Assembly: GCF_000485595.1 (NCBI RefSeq)
Contig: NW_014577090.1
Coordinates: 72,978-136,977 of the forward strand
Reading direction: 5' to 3'
DNA: 64,000 nucleotides
Origin: Priapulus caudatus
Lineage: Eukaryota
Under the pieces are notes generated by a model, which was given only the letters and a program-made list of their open reading frames with translations, searched no databases and had not been told where the DNA came from. A program made the translations under genes and the position numbers. The first letter of the stretch is position 1. Each line of letters begins with the position of its first letter. Positions 53,661 to 64,000 of the stretch are shown piece by piece.

Positions 53661-54554
53661 TGGTAGACGGGTCTGGAGAGCATACCCCCAGAAAATTTTA
53701 AAATATTTAAGCCATTTTCCTGCAATCTGAGGCATACTGTGGGCCATATTCTCATGTCTGATAACACTATCTCAACTCTAGACTCAACCCTACAACCCTT
53801 GTCTGATTAGCAGACAAACTACGCGACACCTTGCAGACAGCGCCTGTCTGACTAGGCTGTTCCATTTACCGTAGACATGCCAGATACAAAGTCAGTCGCA
53901 TTTTTGGCTCACTTTTCAGGTAGAAAAAACAGGAAGAAGGGTAAGTAGCAGTCACTTTTGGCTTACGTTTCAGGTTTAGTAAAAGAAGAAGCAGAAGAAG
54001 AGGGAAAGAGCGAGTCGTGTTTTGGCTCACCATTCAGGTAGGGAAACGGAGAAACAAGAAGGATAGTGTCATATATCATATGTTGCACTACTTTCTTACG
54101 CGTATGGTCACGTCTGTGTACTGGGTGTAAACAGTCGGCGCGGGAGTTTACCCGCCATGTTGTAATAAACATAATGCGTTTACATAATGTCTTACGCCTT
54201 CTCGTGCCACACCTACCAAGCTTTACAGATAGGAGTCCTTTTAGGTTCATTTCTAGGTTCCAGGAAGAACAGCAAGGAACAACAGAATAACAGACCTTTA
54301 CATGTTAGGCCCCCAAAAAGGGAAGGCATTAACTATGGGGTTTCAGGTAGGAAAGGAGGAGGCCATGAAGCCTACCAGAGGGACAACCCATGCTGGGAGA
54401 AGCCAAGGACAGAAGAGGAAGGGAGCGACCCATCTAGAACAAATATTAGAATCAATTAGAACAGGCTTGTAATTGCTAATTGTAAGTCAATATAATCATC
54501 TATGTCAATGTAACGGCACATAATACCGCAGTGGTATTCAGATATGCATAGAGT

Positions 54555-54616
54555 CAAGAGCAGATAAAGAAGTGCTTTATCTGCTCTGATATCTGCCCCT
54601 TCTTTATCTGCTCTTG
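54555..54616. mobile_element. Mini-palindrome with 7-bp TSD
   Basis: ATAGAGT|CAAGAGCAGATAAAGAAG...CTTCTTTATCTGCTCTTG|ATAGAGT. Confidence 0.7.
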
Positions 54617-54767
54617 ATAGAGTCATATTCAAACATATATATACCATTAACAATAACTGTCACTGACATAGCGTCTATATATAGATAAAGATGAATAACA
54701 AGCACAATCATTATCTCATGTATCATGGTTAGCAATAAAGGTTATTCCAATATTATAATCTAATTTT

Positions 54768-55152
54768 TAGCTCATCTGACGTAGTCAGATGCAGCTTGTA
54801 GAATCGCATGATCGTCCGTCCGTCCGTCCGTCCGTCAACAGTTGGGCACAAATCTTAACTGCTCGACGTAGGGCCTACGGTCACGATAATTGGGACGTGG
54901 GGGGGATTGTAAAAAGGACTCAGGATGACCAATTTGGGGGTCAAGGGTCAAAGGTCAACATGTGTAAACGGAGGGGGAATATTTTCCTCTTAACTTAAGG
55001 TATAGGAGGAAATACGAAATTGCGGCACAAATCTGAACAACTCCATTTTTATCACTTTATTGAAAGGACCATGAAATGTGCTTTCCACTGACGTGCGAAG
55101 AGTAAGTGTCTGATAATCTTTTGACCCGCAAGAGGAGGGTTAAACATGGATT
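54768..55152 (-). mobile_element. Second, inverted partial copy of the HINE-like element
   Basis: tagctcatctgacgtagtcagatgcagcttgtagaatcgcatg..(gtcc)n..aacagttgggcacaaatc is the reverse complement of 32570-32664; further matches to 32110-32460. Confidence 0.7.
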
Positions 55153-55354
55153 CCTCAACTGCCTCAATGACCTCACAGTGAACCGGCCGTCACGGCTGAA
55201 AGGTNNNNNNNNNNGACAGAAGCTCATTGAAATCCTTTGATATCCCCAGTGGCGTCAAACAGGGTTGTGTCCTGGCCCAACCCTCTTTTGGACCGCGCAT
55301 TTTGCCTCGTGTGAACGCTAAATACCGGATTTCTTGCTACGTGTGAACGCGGCT

Positions 55355-56597
55355 ATGGTTATGAAACCAAACTGTGATTAAACAATCATTGAGTGGTAGT
55401 TTTTTTTCTCAAGACAAGCACTATAGTACTTGTAATAATATTATGGTGAACAAAAACTGAACATGTTTTGTTGCTATAGCCTATACTCTACTATGAAACG
55501 TTGGTGAACAGCCTTAATTTCAATAATACAAGAATAACCACTACAATAATATCAGGAGTAAGATCATATATTATCTTACTCCTGATAATATTAGTTACCA
55601 TGTAAATGAACACATGGTTATAAAACCAAACCGTGATTAAACAATATAATTGAGTGGTAGTTTTTTTTCAAGACAAGCACTAGTCTATAGTGCAATTGTA
55701 ATAATATTATGGTGAATCTATACTCGATTATGAAGCCTTAGTGAACAGACCTCATTTCAATGTACAATATAACCACTACAATAATATTAGTTACCAACTT
55801 AATTACCATGTAAATGAGCACATGTTTATATGAAACCAAACTGTGATTAAACAATAATGAAGTGGTAGGTTTTTTTTCAAGACAAACACTAGTGCTTGTA
55901 ATAATATTATATTATGGTAAACAAAACCTGAACATACGTTTTGTTGCAAGCCTATACTCGACTATGAAGCATTAGTAAACAGCCCTCGATCATTACAATA
56001 CATTTCAATAATACAACAATAACCACTACAATAATATTAGTTACCATGTAAATGAGCACATGGTTATGAAACCAAACTCTGTGATTGAACAATAATTGAG
56101 TGGTAGTTTTTTTTATCGACTATGAAGATTTGGTGAACAGCTCTCATTTCAATAATACAACAATAACCACTACAATAATATTAGTTATACCATGTAAATG
56201 AGCACATGGTTATGAAACCAAACTGTGATTAAACAATCATTGAGCGGTAGCTTTTTTTCAAGACAAGCATTAGCGCTTGTAATAATATTATCGTGAACAA
56301 AAACTGAACATACGTTTTGTTGCAAGCCGAGATACTCGACTATGAACCTTTGGTGAACAGCCCTCATTTCAATAATACAACAATATCCACTACAATAATA
56401 TTAGTTATACCATGTAAATGAGCACATAGTTATGAAACCAAACTGTGATTAAACAATCATTGAGCGGTAGTTTTTTTTCAAGACAAGCATTAGTGCTTAT
56501 AATAATATTATCGTGAACAAAATTTGAATATACGTTTTGTTGCAAGCCTATACTCGACTATGAAGCGTTGGTGAACAGCACTCATTTCAATAATACA
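55355..56597. repeat. ~210-220-bp satellite, about 6 units
   Basis: tatgaaaccaaactgtgattaaacaat recurs; an inverted copy lies at ~62735-62977. Confidence 0.9.
55553..55584. mobile_element. 32-bp mini-palindrome with 7-bp TSD inserted in a satellite unit
   Basis: ATAATAT|CAGGAGTAAGATCATATATTATCTTACTCCTG|ATAATAT; neighbouring units show the empty site caataatattag. Confidence 0.75.
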
Positions 56598-57809
56598 CGC
56601 ATGACAATCCTGTAGCAGCAGAAGCGGTATTGTTGTGTTTAAATACTACTAGGATTTAATGCGAGTTTAGCAGACAAAATGATGCAAATGCATATAGCAT
56701 ATCTGAGATGTAGGAATAGGTAGTGGCACCATAGTTAAATCAGTTTATATGATACCAGATAAAATGCATGGGCATTGGGCAGCAGCAATAGCCTCTGGAT
56801 GCTAATAAGCCCATACACATAAAAGATGTCCTTCATATAAGCAAGCAGGCTTGTAGCTCTTAATCTTGTATCCTGCTGTATATGAACACGCATAATGTTT
56901 GGAACAACTGATCGTGTAACGCAAAATGTGAAAACGTACGTAGCAGGCTAATTCAATGATGTAAATATACGTACATCTACAATATATCCAAACCCGTGAC
57001 AAGCTAGCTAGGTCACATAAGAGCACACTACACTACACCACGCAACACACCATGCCACATCACACCACATGCTTTAATTACCTCTCACCATGCCACATCA
57101 CTCGACCACATGTTACTCCACCACACGCACACATGCCACGCCACGCCACACCACACCACTGCACCACATCACCTCACCATACATCGCCTAATCCACACCA
57201 CAATACAATAAACCTCACCATGCACACGCGCGCGCACACGACACCACACCGGACCACACAATACCACACGACCTTAACACACCACCTCACCCTAACACAC
57301 AGCATATATCCCATCCTGCCCATTTCATACCACTCCACACCAAATCACGCAAGCAAACACGCACGTAAACATGCAGGCACACACGTGCACGCACACGTAT
57401 TCGATTCACAGACAGCAGTCTTATACCAATTTTGCATGCATGTAATAAATAATACATAAGTAGTATTTTACTAGCGGAAATTCCGGGTGTTGAAAAACTA
57501 TTCCCTATGTGAATGAGGAATAATGAATGTGAGTTAGGTTAGAGTTTCTTATCACGTTATTTTCAAAATTTTTGCTTTCTATGGAAAATAAAGAGTACCT
57601 CAGCCACCAATCCTTACAGCTACACTGGCCTCTACGATAACCTATGAAGACAATTTGTACTTATGATTATCTGTCGTTGATGAGCTCAGCAACTGATTCA
57701 ATGAAGTTCAGGAGATACTTCAGCAATAGATCACCTCTGCATCCCTCCACATCCTTTAAAAACACAATTCAAAATAAATGCTTGCATATATTAATTTCTC
57801 ATAAATAAT

Positions 57810-57972
57810 CAGTGTTGTAGGTCTCGAGGCCGGTCTTGGCCTCGAGATCGTTTTCCTTGGTCTCAGAGTGCAATGACTCGGACTCGGACTCGGGGGCGCG
57901 GACTCGGACTCGGACTCGGGGGGTGCGGACTCGGACTCGGACTCGGGGGGTGCGGACTCGACTACAACACTG
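57810..57972. mobile_element. hAT-type MITE
   Basis: TIR CAGTGTTGTAG / CTACAACACTG; exact 8-bp TSD TAAATAAT; internal (GGACTC)n. Confidence 0.88.
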
Positions 57973-59752
57973 TAAATAATTATGGGTAATCTTGAGAAAT
58001 AATAATGAAAAATGGTTTGTATTCAAAACTAGTAAATTATTATTTCACATCATCTAATGAATCTGTTTTTTATTGTGATCAATATGTCAGTCTACTTCTC
58101 CAAATAATTGCCATCACATCACACGAGTGTTAAACTGAAACAACACGCAAGAAAAAGAAAAAGGGGTGAGAAAGGAGAGGAGCAATAAAAAGTGTGCACG
58201 CAAGTGAAAGAGCGGGGGGGGGGGAGAAATAGAAAGGGGAGGATGAAAAAGATGGGAAGAAAGAAAGAGAGGGGAGAAAGTGGGCAAGGGAGGAAGGCAG
58301 CGTGTGCGCATGAATGTGTGTATAAAAGTGAAAAAGAGACAAAGCAGGGGCGAGGGCAAAAGAGAGGTAAAGTAAATTCAAATTCAATTTAAAAATAGGT
58401 TTACTTGTGCATAATTATTATTTTTGCAATGTGGGACGGTAAAAATAGCAGAATAAAAAAATTATAGTAGTGGTGAAAACCAGAACGTCACACCTGCAGT
58501 GCCAGTAAAAGTTGTACGGTATGTACACGTAATGTAGGATGCACGTATCCAGCAATAATTATGTATATTCACAGAATACAGTCCCTAAATTTGCACGCAG
58601 ATTACCAAGTTATTAAGTTTTATTAAGTTTTTCTAAAGATCGTTGTCAATAGAACTTTCTTATAAAATTCTCACTGATATCAGAGCAACAACCATTGTTA
58701 ACAGCCGGAGTTCCAACAGAAGGAGTCCCCTAACACGAGGCGGCGCCACTAGAGACCCCGGTAACGCAAAAATCGCCGAAGTGTCATCAATGCTGCAATC
58801 TCGGTTTCTGCCCCCATTTCCGAAGGCACTATGTAGGAAAAATAGATATCTGTGATTATATGTTGTATTGCAGTGCATTTAATTAAATGACGCTACATAC
58901 ATACAGACAAATAATATTAACTAACAGAATAATAACGAAAATAGAGTAGAGCCTAAATTCGCATTGAAAAAACGTGCATGGGAATAATAAATAGCCAATA
59001 TTTAATTCAGACAATTATATCATATGATTGATTTTATTATCTTAATAAAGATTAAAACCTTCATCAGAATAATGAAACCATAATTATCAGTATAAGCTCA
59101 TAAAACTCGTAAGTAAGAGTCTCAGAAAGCGCATAATAACATTATTTCTGCCCTGCCCCCTAAATTCATTGTAAAAGGCGCACACCAAATATATATCTGC
59201 AAAAACGTAATTTTTTGTTGACTTAAATAGGGAGGACAGACTCCCGAGTAATGTGCTGTTAAAAATCCTGACCCCCCTTGGCTCTCCTTATCGACAAGAA
59301 GTCGCCCTAGCTTCCCAACGTCCTGATTCCGCGCAACCATGATTGAAAATTTGCTCAGTTTTCCAAGCCGTTGGTCGGCGCCAGTGTCACGCAGTAAAAA
59401 TAGTGTGCGACGATAAACGAAATATATACTATATTGGTGAAATGATACATTTAAGGTATAGAGCACATAGTCACGTGTAGTTTGACATAAAAACTACAAA
59501 AAGTAATGTCTAACTATAATGTTTATGACTTCCCAGTCACCGTAATCTTCGCGGCATGGCCTGCAAAAATTTTGGAAAAAGATGTGGCGATTTAATTATC
59601 TTTGATAGCTAATAATCTGTTTTTCGTATACACCAACAAACTGCTATTTAATTACAAAGATGTCTCGCATAATTACTGTGAGATTAGGCTTAAACGAGGT
59701 CATATATTTTAACGGCTACCGACACAGGCGATAATCATGCCACTCGCAAAAA

Positions 59753-59785
<33 letters not shown>

Positions 59786-59839
59786 CTCACTCTCTCTCTC
59801 TCTCTCTCTTCTCTATTTCTCTCTCTCTCTCTCTCTCTC

Positions 59840-59901
<62 letters not shown>

Positions 59902-60572
59902 CTCTCCTCTCTCGCTACTATATATATATATATATTTATTTATATATTATTCTATGTATACATATCTATGAGCCCGGGCATCTCTTATATCATGGTTGCA
60001 TGGCATTTGCAAGAAAAAAAAACTGGCAAATTGAAAAATACGGATACGACTTATCAATATGACACGGAATCGGTATGGCTTAGAAGGCAGTCACAGATCG
60101 CTGTTTTATTTGTGTGTATTTTATATGTATTTATGCATATTATCTTTGCAGAGTAACTACTACTTGTGCGGCCGTACTGACAGCTAGAATAGTATGTGAC
60201 GCAAAACGCAGAGGCTCCGTCCATATACTGAGACGTAATGTAATAAAATGTAACGGACCACAGGAGGGGAACCCTCCTGACGGATTAATAATGTAGAAAT
60301 GGAGGTGTGCACTTACGGCTTTATAAGAGCTGTTCGACTCTAGCCGTTTGACCCATTATATTTGAAGGTAATACAGGCGCCTTTCCGCATGTACGTGCGA
60401 ACAGTTTGCTAATGGACGCGAGACACCTGAGGTGTGTTACCTACGAATTCCAAAGTATCGTGATAGACTCGGTGTACGCGGCGCGCATGCGCGGTGCGAC
60501 AGATCAGCCGCCAAAACACACAATGCCCCACATACACAGGATCGGGCTTCCCACATCGCTTGCGCTGTTTAA

Positions 60573-60612
<40 letters not shown>

Positions 60613-60652
60613 TTATTATTACGGGATTAGAAGATTTATGGCATTCGCTTAA

Positions 60653-61362
60653 TACGGGGCGCCATGCAAGACAGGGCTCAATTTTGTCTAACAAAACTCA
60701 ATTCTGTCTCACAAAACTCAATTCTGTCTCACAAAATCTAATTTTGTGAACACAAAACTCAATTCTGTCAATCCTTGTCCCAACAAAATTCAATTTTGTG
60801 AACACAAAACTCAATTCTGTCAATCCTGTACCACAAAACTCAATTTTGTAAACACAAACTCAATTCTGTCAATCGGTTCACAAAACTCAATTTCGTAAAC
60901 ACAAAACTCAATTCTTCAATCCGGTTCCACAAAACTCAAGTTTGTAAACACAAAACTCAATTCTGTCAATCCGGTTCCACAAAACTCGATTTTGTTGCCC
61001 AAATATGGGCACACGCATGTAAGAAGGGCTTCCATTGGTCAGAAACTGGGCTGGAGAAATGTGTCATGGTCGCCATCTTGTTTCTTCTGACCAATGGATT
61101 TGGGCAACAAATCGAGTTTTGTGGAACCGGATTGACAGAATGGAGTTTTGTGTTTACAAAATGGAGTTTTGTGGTACAGGATTGACAGAATTGAGTTTTG
61201 TGTTCACAAAATTAGTTTGTGGGACAGGATTGACAGAATTGAGTTGTGTGTTTCACAAAATTGAGTTTTGTGGACAGGATTGACAGAATTGAGTTTTGTG
61301 TTCACAAAATCATTTTGTCAAGTTTATAGATACAAAATGCCTGTCCTGCATGGCGCCCCGTA
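60653..61362. mobile_element. Foldback MITE with mirrored internal tandem arrays
   Basis: TIR TACGGGGCGCCATGCA / TGCATGGCGCCCCGTA; 5-bp direct repeat CTTAA on both sides; acaaaactcaatt arrays in opposite orientation in each half. Confidence 0.85.
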
Positions 61363-61975
61363 CTTAATGGAACCTAAGCTATAAACCTTTCATTCGCTAT
61401 TTTTGCAGAACATTCCCCATGTTATCAAATTATTCTTATGTGGGCAAGCGGGCTTACCAACAGCTAATTGACTTGAACTAATTGATCATGTTGTAATGAG
61501 ACATATCGTTAATGAAAATAGCATAATAACCTAATTTAATCAAGCTATCTAAATCTAATCTAATTCTATAAAAATAATAATTGTCGCCACGCGCGCACTT
61601 GTACACCACGTACGCACGCACGTACGCATGCGCCTCACACACACCACGCACGCACGCACGCACGCACGCAATGCATGTATCACGGATGCAATCCCACGTA
61701 GGTCTACACACGCGCATCTACGCACCCATACAAGCATGCGCACACGCACGCACGCCACGCACGCGCGCACACACACAAAGCACAGCTGTGACATGTAAGC
61801 AAAGCTTGTCAGCTGCGGCGTGACAGTTATATATGTGAGCTGTTCCACATTCCTCAATTCCTGAAATAGGCGGCGCTTAATGCTGTCACGTAAGCGTTTG
61901 AGATGTGAGTTGGCGTTGAAACATGAATATTATCGCCACGCCACGGTTATATATATATATATATATATATATATT

Positions 61976-62449
61976 ACGGCCCGTAGCCAGCTTCTATTGG
62001 GGGGGGGGTTCGTTTTTCAATGTTGGCAATTGCTCGCAGGGGCGTGTACAGGATTTGTACCAGGGTGGGGGTCTAACCGTAACCCAAAGTTGCGAGCACG
62101 CGAAGGGAGGGTGGGGGGCCCTCCCCCAGAAATTTTTAAAATTAGACCCCCTCCGATGCGTTTTCTGCGCGAGCAAGGGGGTTCCGGACTCCCTGGACCC
62201 CCCAAAACACGCCCTGCTCGGGCGCGAAGCGACCAGGCGAGGGAGCCAAGCGACCAGCGGGAGGGTGTGGAGGGGGTGTTCATTGTTCCCCTCCGCGCAC
62301 GATGGAGATTTGCAATTATTACACTAAAATGGAGCGACCTGAGGTGAAATTCTTTCAAAATTTCAAATTATTTTTTTGCTTGTGGGGTGGGGGGGGACGG
62401 CTCGGGGGGGGTTGTTCGAACCCCCCGAACCCCCCTGGCTACGGGCCTG
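61976..62449. mobile_element. hAT-like MITE in a (TA)n tract
   Basis: GGCCCGTAGCCAG ... CTGGCTACGGGCC inverted termini; G/C-run-rich interior; TSD unresolved. Confidence 0.6.
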
Positions 62450-62489
<40 letters not shown>

Positions 62490-62653
62490 GTAGCGAGACA
62501 GTGGGTCAAGCACTTAAGTAAGAGTTAGAGATGTGAAGAACTAAGAGACAGGGGGTAACGCGCGCGCGAGAGAGAGCGAGAGAGGGAGAGAGAGACGAGG
62601 ATTTTGACGAGATGACCCCACCAAAATATCTAACTATGATCATGCATATACAT

Positions 62654-62694
62654 CAAGAGTACATAATAGGAGGACCTCCTATTATGTACTCTTG
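62654..62694. mobile_element. Perfect 41-bp mini-palindrome of the same class
   Basis: CAAGAGTACATAATAGGAGG-A-CCTCCTATTATGTACTCTTG; flanks atatacat / atatatat (imperfect duplication). Confidence 0.55.
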
Positions 62695-63286
62695 ATATAT
62701 ATGTGTATCCCATATATATCCCATATAGCCTAATATATTCACCATAATATTATTATAAACACTAGTGCTTGTCTTGAAAAAAAACCACCACTCAGTGATT
62801 GTTTTGAAATCGTAGAGTGGTTTCATAAACATGTGCTCATTTGCATGGTAACTAATAATAATATTATTGTGGTGGTTATTGTTGTATTATTGAAATGAGT
62901 GCTGTTCACCAACGCTTCATAGTCGAGTATAGGCTTGCAACAAAACGTATGTTCAGTTTTTGTTCACGATAATATTATGTATAATTATATGTGCGTTTGT
63001 ATATGTGCGTGTGAGTGCGTGTGTTTGCGTGCGTGCGCGTTTATTTATATACATGTGCCGCGCATTCGGCTGTTAGAAAGCAGACGCACATGCAGATAGA
63101 ACGCTTGCCAGCAAGAATGTTTCCTTTCAGTGTAGTTATTCTAGTACGACACGTGTCGCCCGCGCCTCGTGCCGGCCGAAACTAACCGATGCCAGCCAGC
63201 CACGGATAATTCATCGTACTCGGCGAGTGTCACGGGAAGCTGAGAAAGCCGCATCCGCTGATGACAGCGGATGATGCTCAAGCCTA

Positions 63287-63328
<42 letters not shown>

Positions 63329-63926
63329 TTGTTGTTGTTGTTACGAGCTTCTCACAACTAGTTACACGATGCCAGCTAGCAGCTATCCGCGCTGGGTTAA
63401 GCAAGGACGCGAGGTCCTGAAACGCATTGACGCGATCCGGGTCCGAATCTGCTCGAACAAGCGCTATAGATGGGATCCGTACGCTGTAATCGGTTTCCGC
63501 GTCAACGCATCGAGCGGGTTTCGCTATGGCACGCAAAAATGCGCCGAAGAAAAAAAAACTAGTAAGAAAGGTCGACACGACGAAGGCGCGCCTGGTTACG
63601 GCATCCAGCAGCGTGAGGATTTATAGTGCCTTCCAGGGTGTATACGTAGAGTTTGATACAATCGCACGCCTTATCTATACGTCGAACGATCGACAGCGCT
63701 CTCGCTTTCTCCGCGTGCTGCCGACGCAAAAGTAAACTAATAGAGCGTGCCCCGGGATGCGGTCACGAAACTCCGCGCTGTTGTTTATGGCAACGAATAA
63801 CACGCCGTTTTTATTACAGGGCTAGAAATGCGTCATCTTATAGTGCAATGTTTTCGAAACTATCTTCACTTAAATGTTGTTTTTTCGAACCAGTTCGAGG
63901 CTTAATATATATATATATATATATAT

Positions 63927-63970
<44 letters not shown>

Positions 63971-64000
63971 GAGCAGAAGGAGAGAAGCAGAGAGAGAGAT

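Noticed and set aside
63141..63800. GC-rich ORFs near the window end
   Set aside because: No recognisable domain; partly (GAT)n repeat.

Overview
Repeat-rich draft-assembly window from an invertebrate animal genome, with N-gaps and many microsatellites; most ORF-track entries are microsatellite read-throughs. It holds two minus-strand genes. (1) A complete 8-coding-exon FBXO42-like F-box/Kelch gene (35305 to 26824, 674 aa by my splicing) with an inferred GC-AG intron and a coding minisatellite. (2) The 5' part of a caudal/Cdx-like homeobox gene: exon 1 (22028-21479) ends just after the hexapeptide, a candidate 33-nt linker micro-exon occurs twice (2345-2313, 121-89), and the homeobox is presumed to lie left of the window. 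The likely Cdx promoter/5'UTR (19277-20400; TATA, TCF+helper and Cdx motifs) appears displaced in the assembly, and a 3.3-4.4 kb intron segment is present three times. Mobile DNA includes an Academ-type relic with a nested Helentron/HINE-like insert, CR1/L2-like and RTE LINE fragments, Mutator-like relics, MITEs and satellites. The most unusual signal is a dispersed set of 32-63 bp CA..TG palindromes with 15-20 bp arms; four have exact 7-bp target duplications and resemble P-element-type excision footprints.
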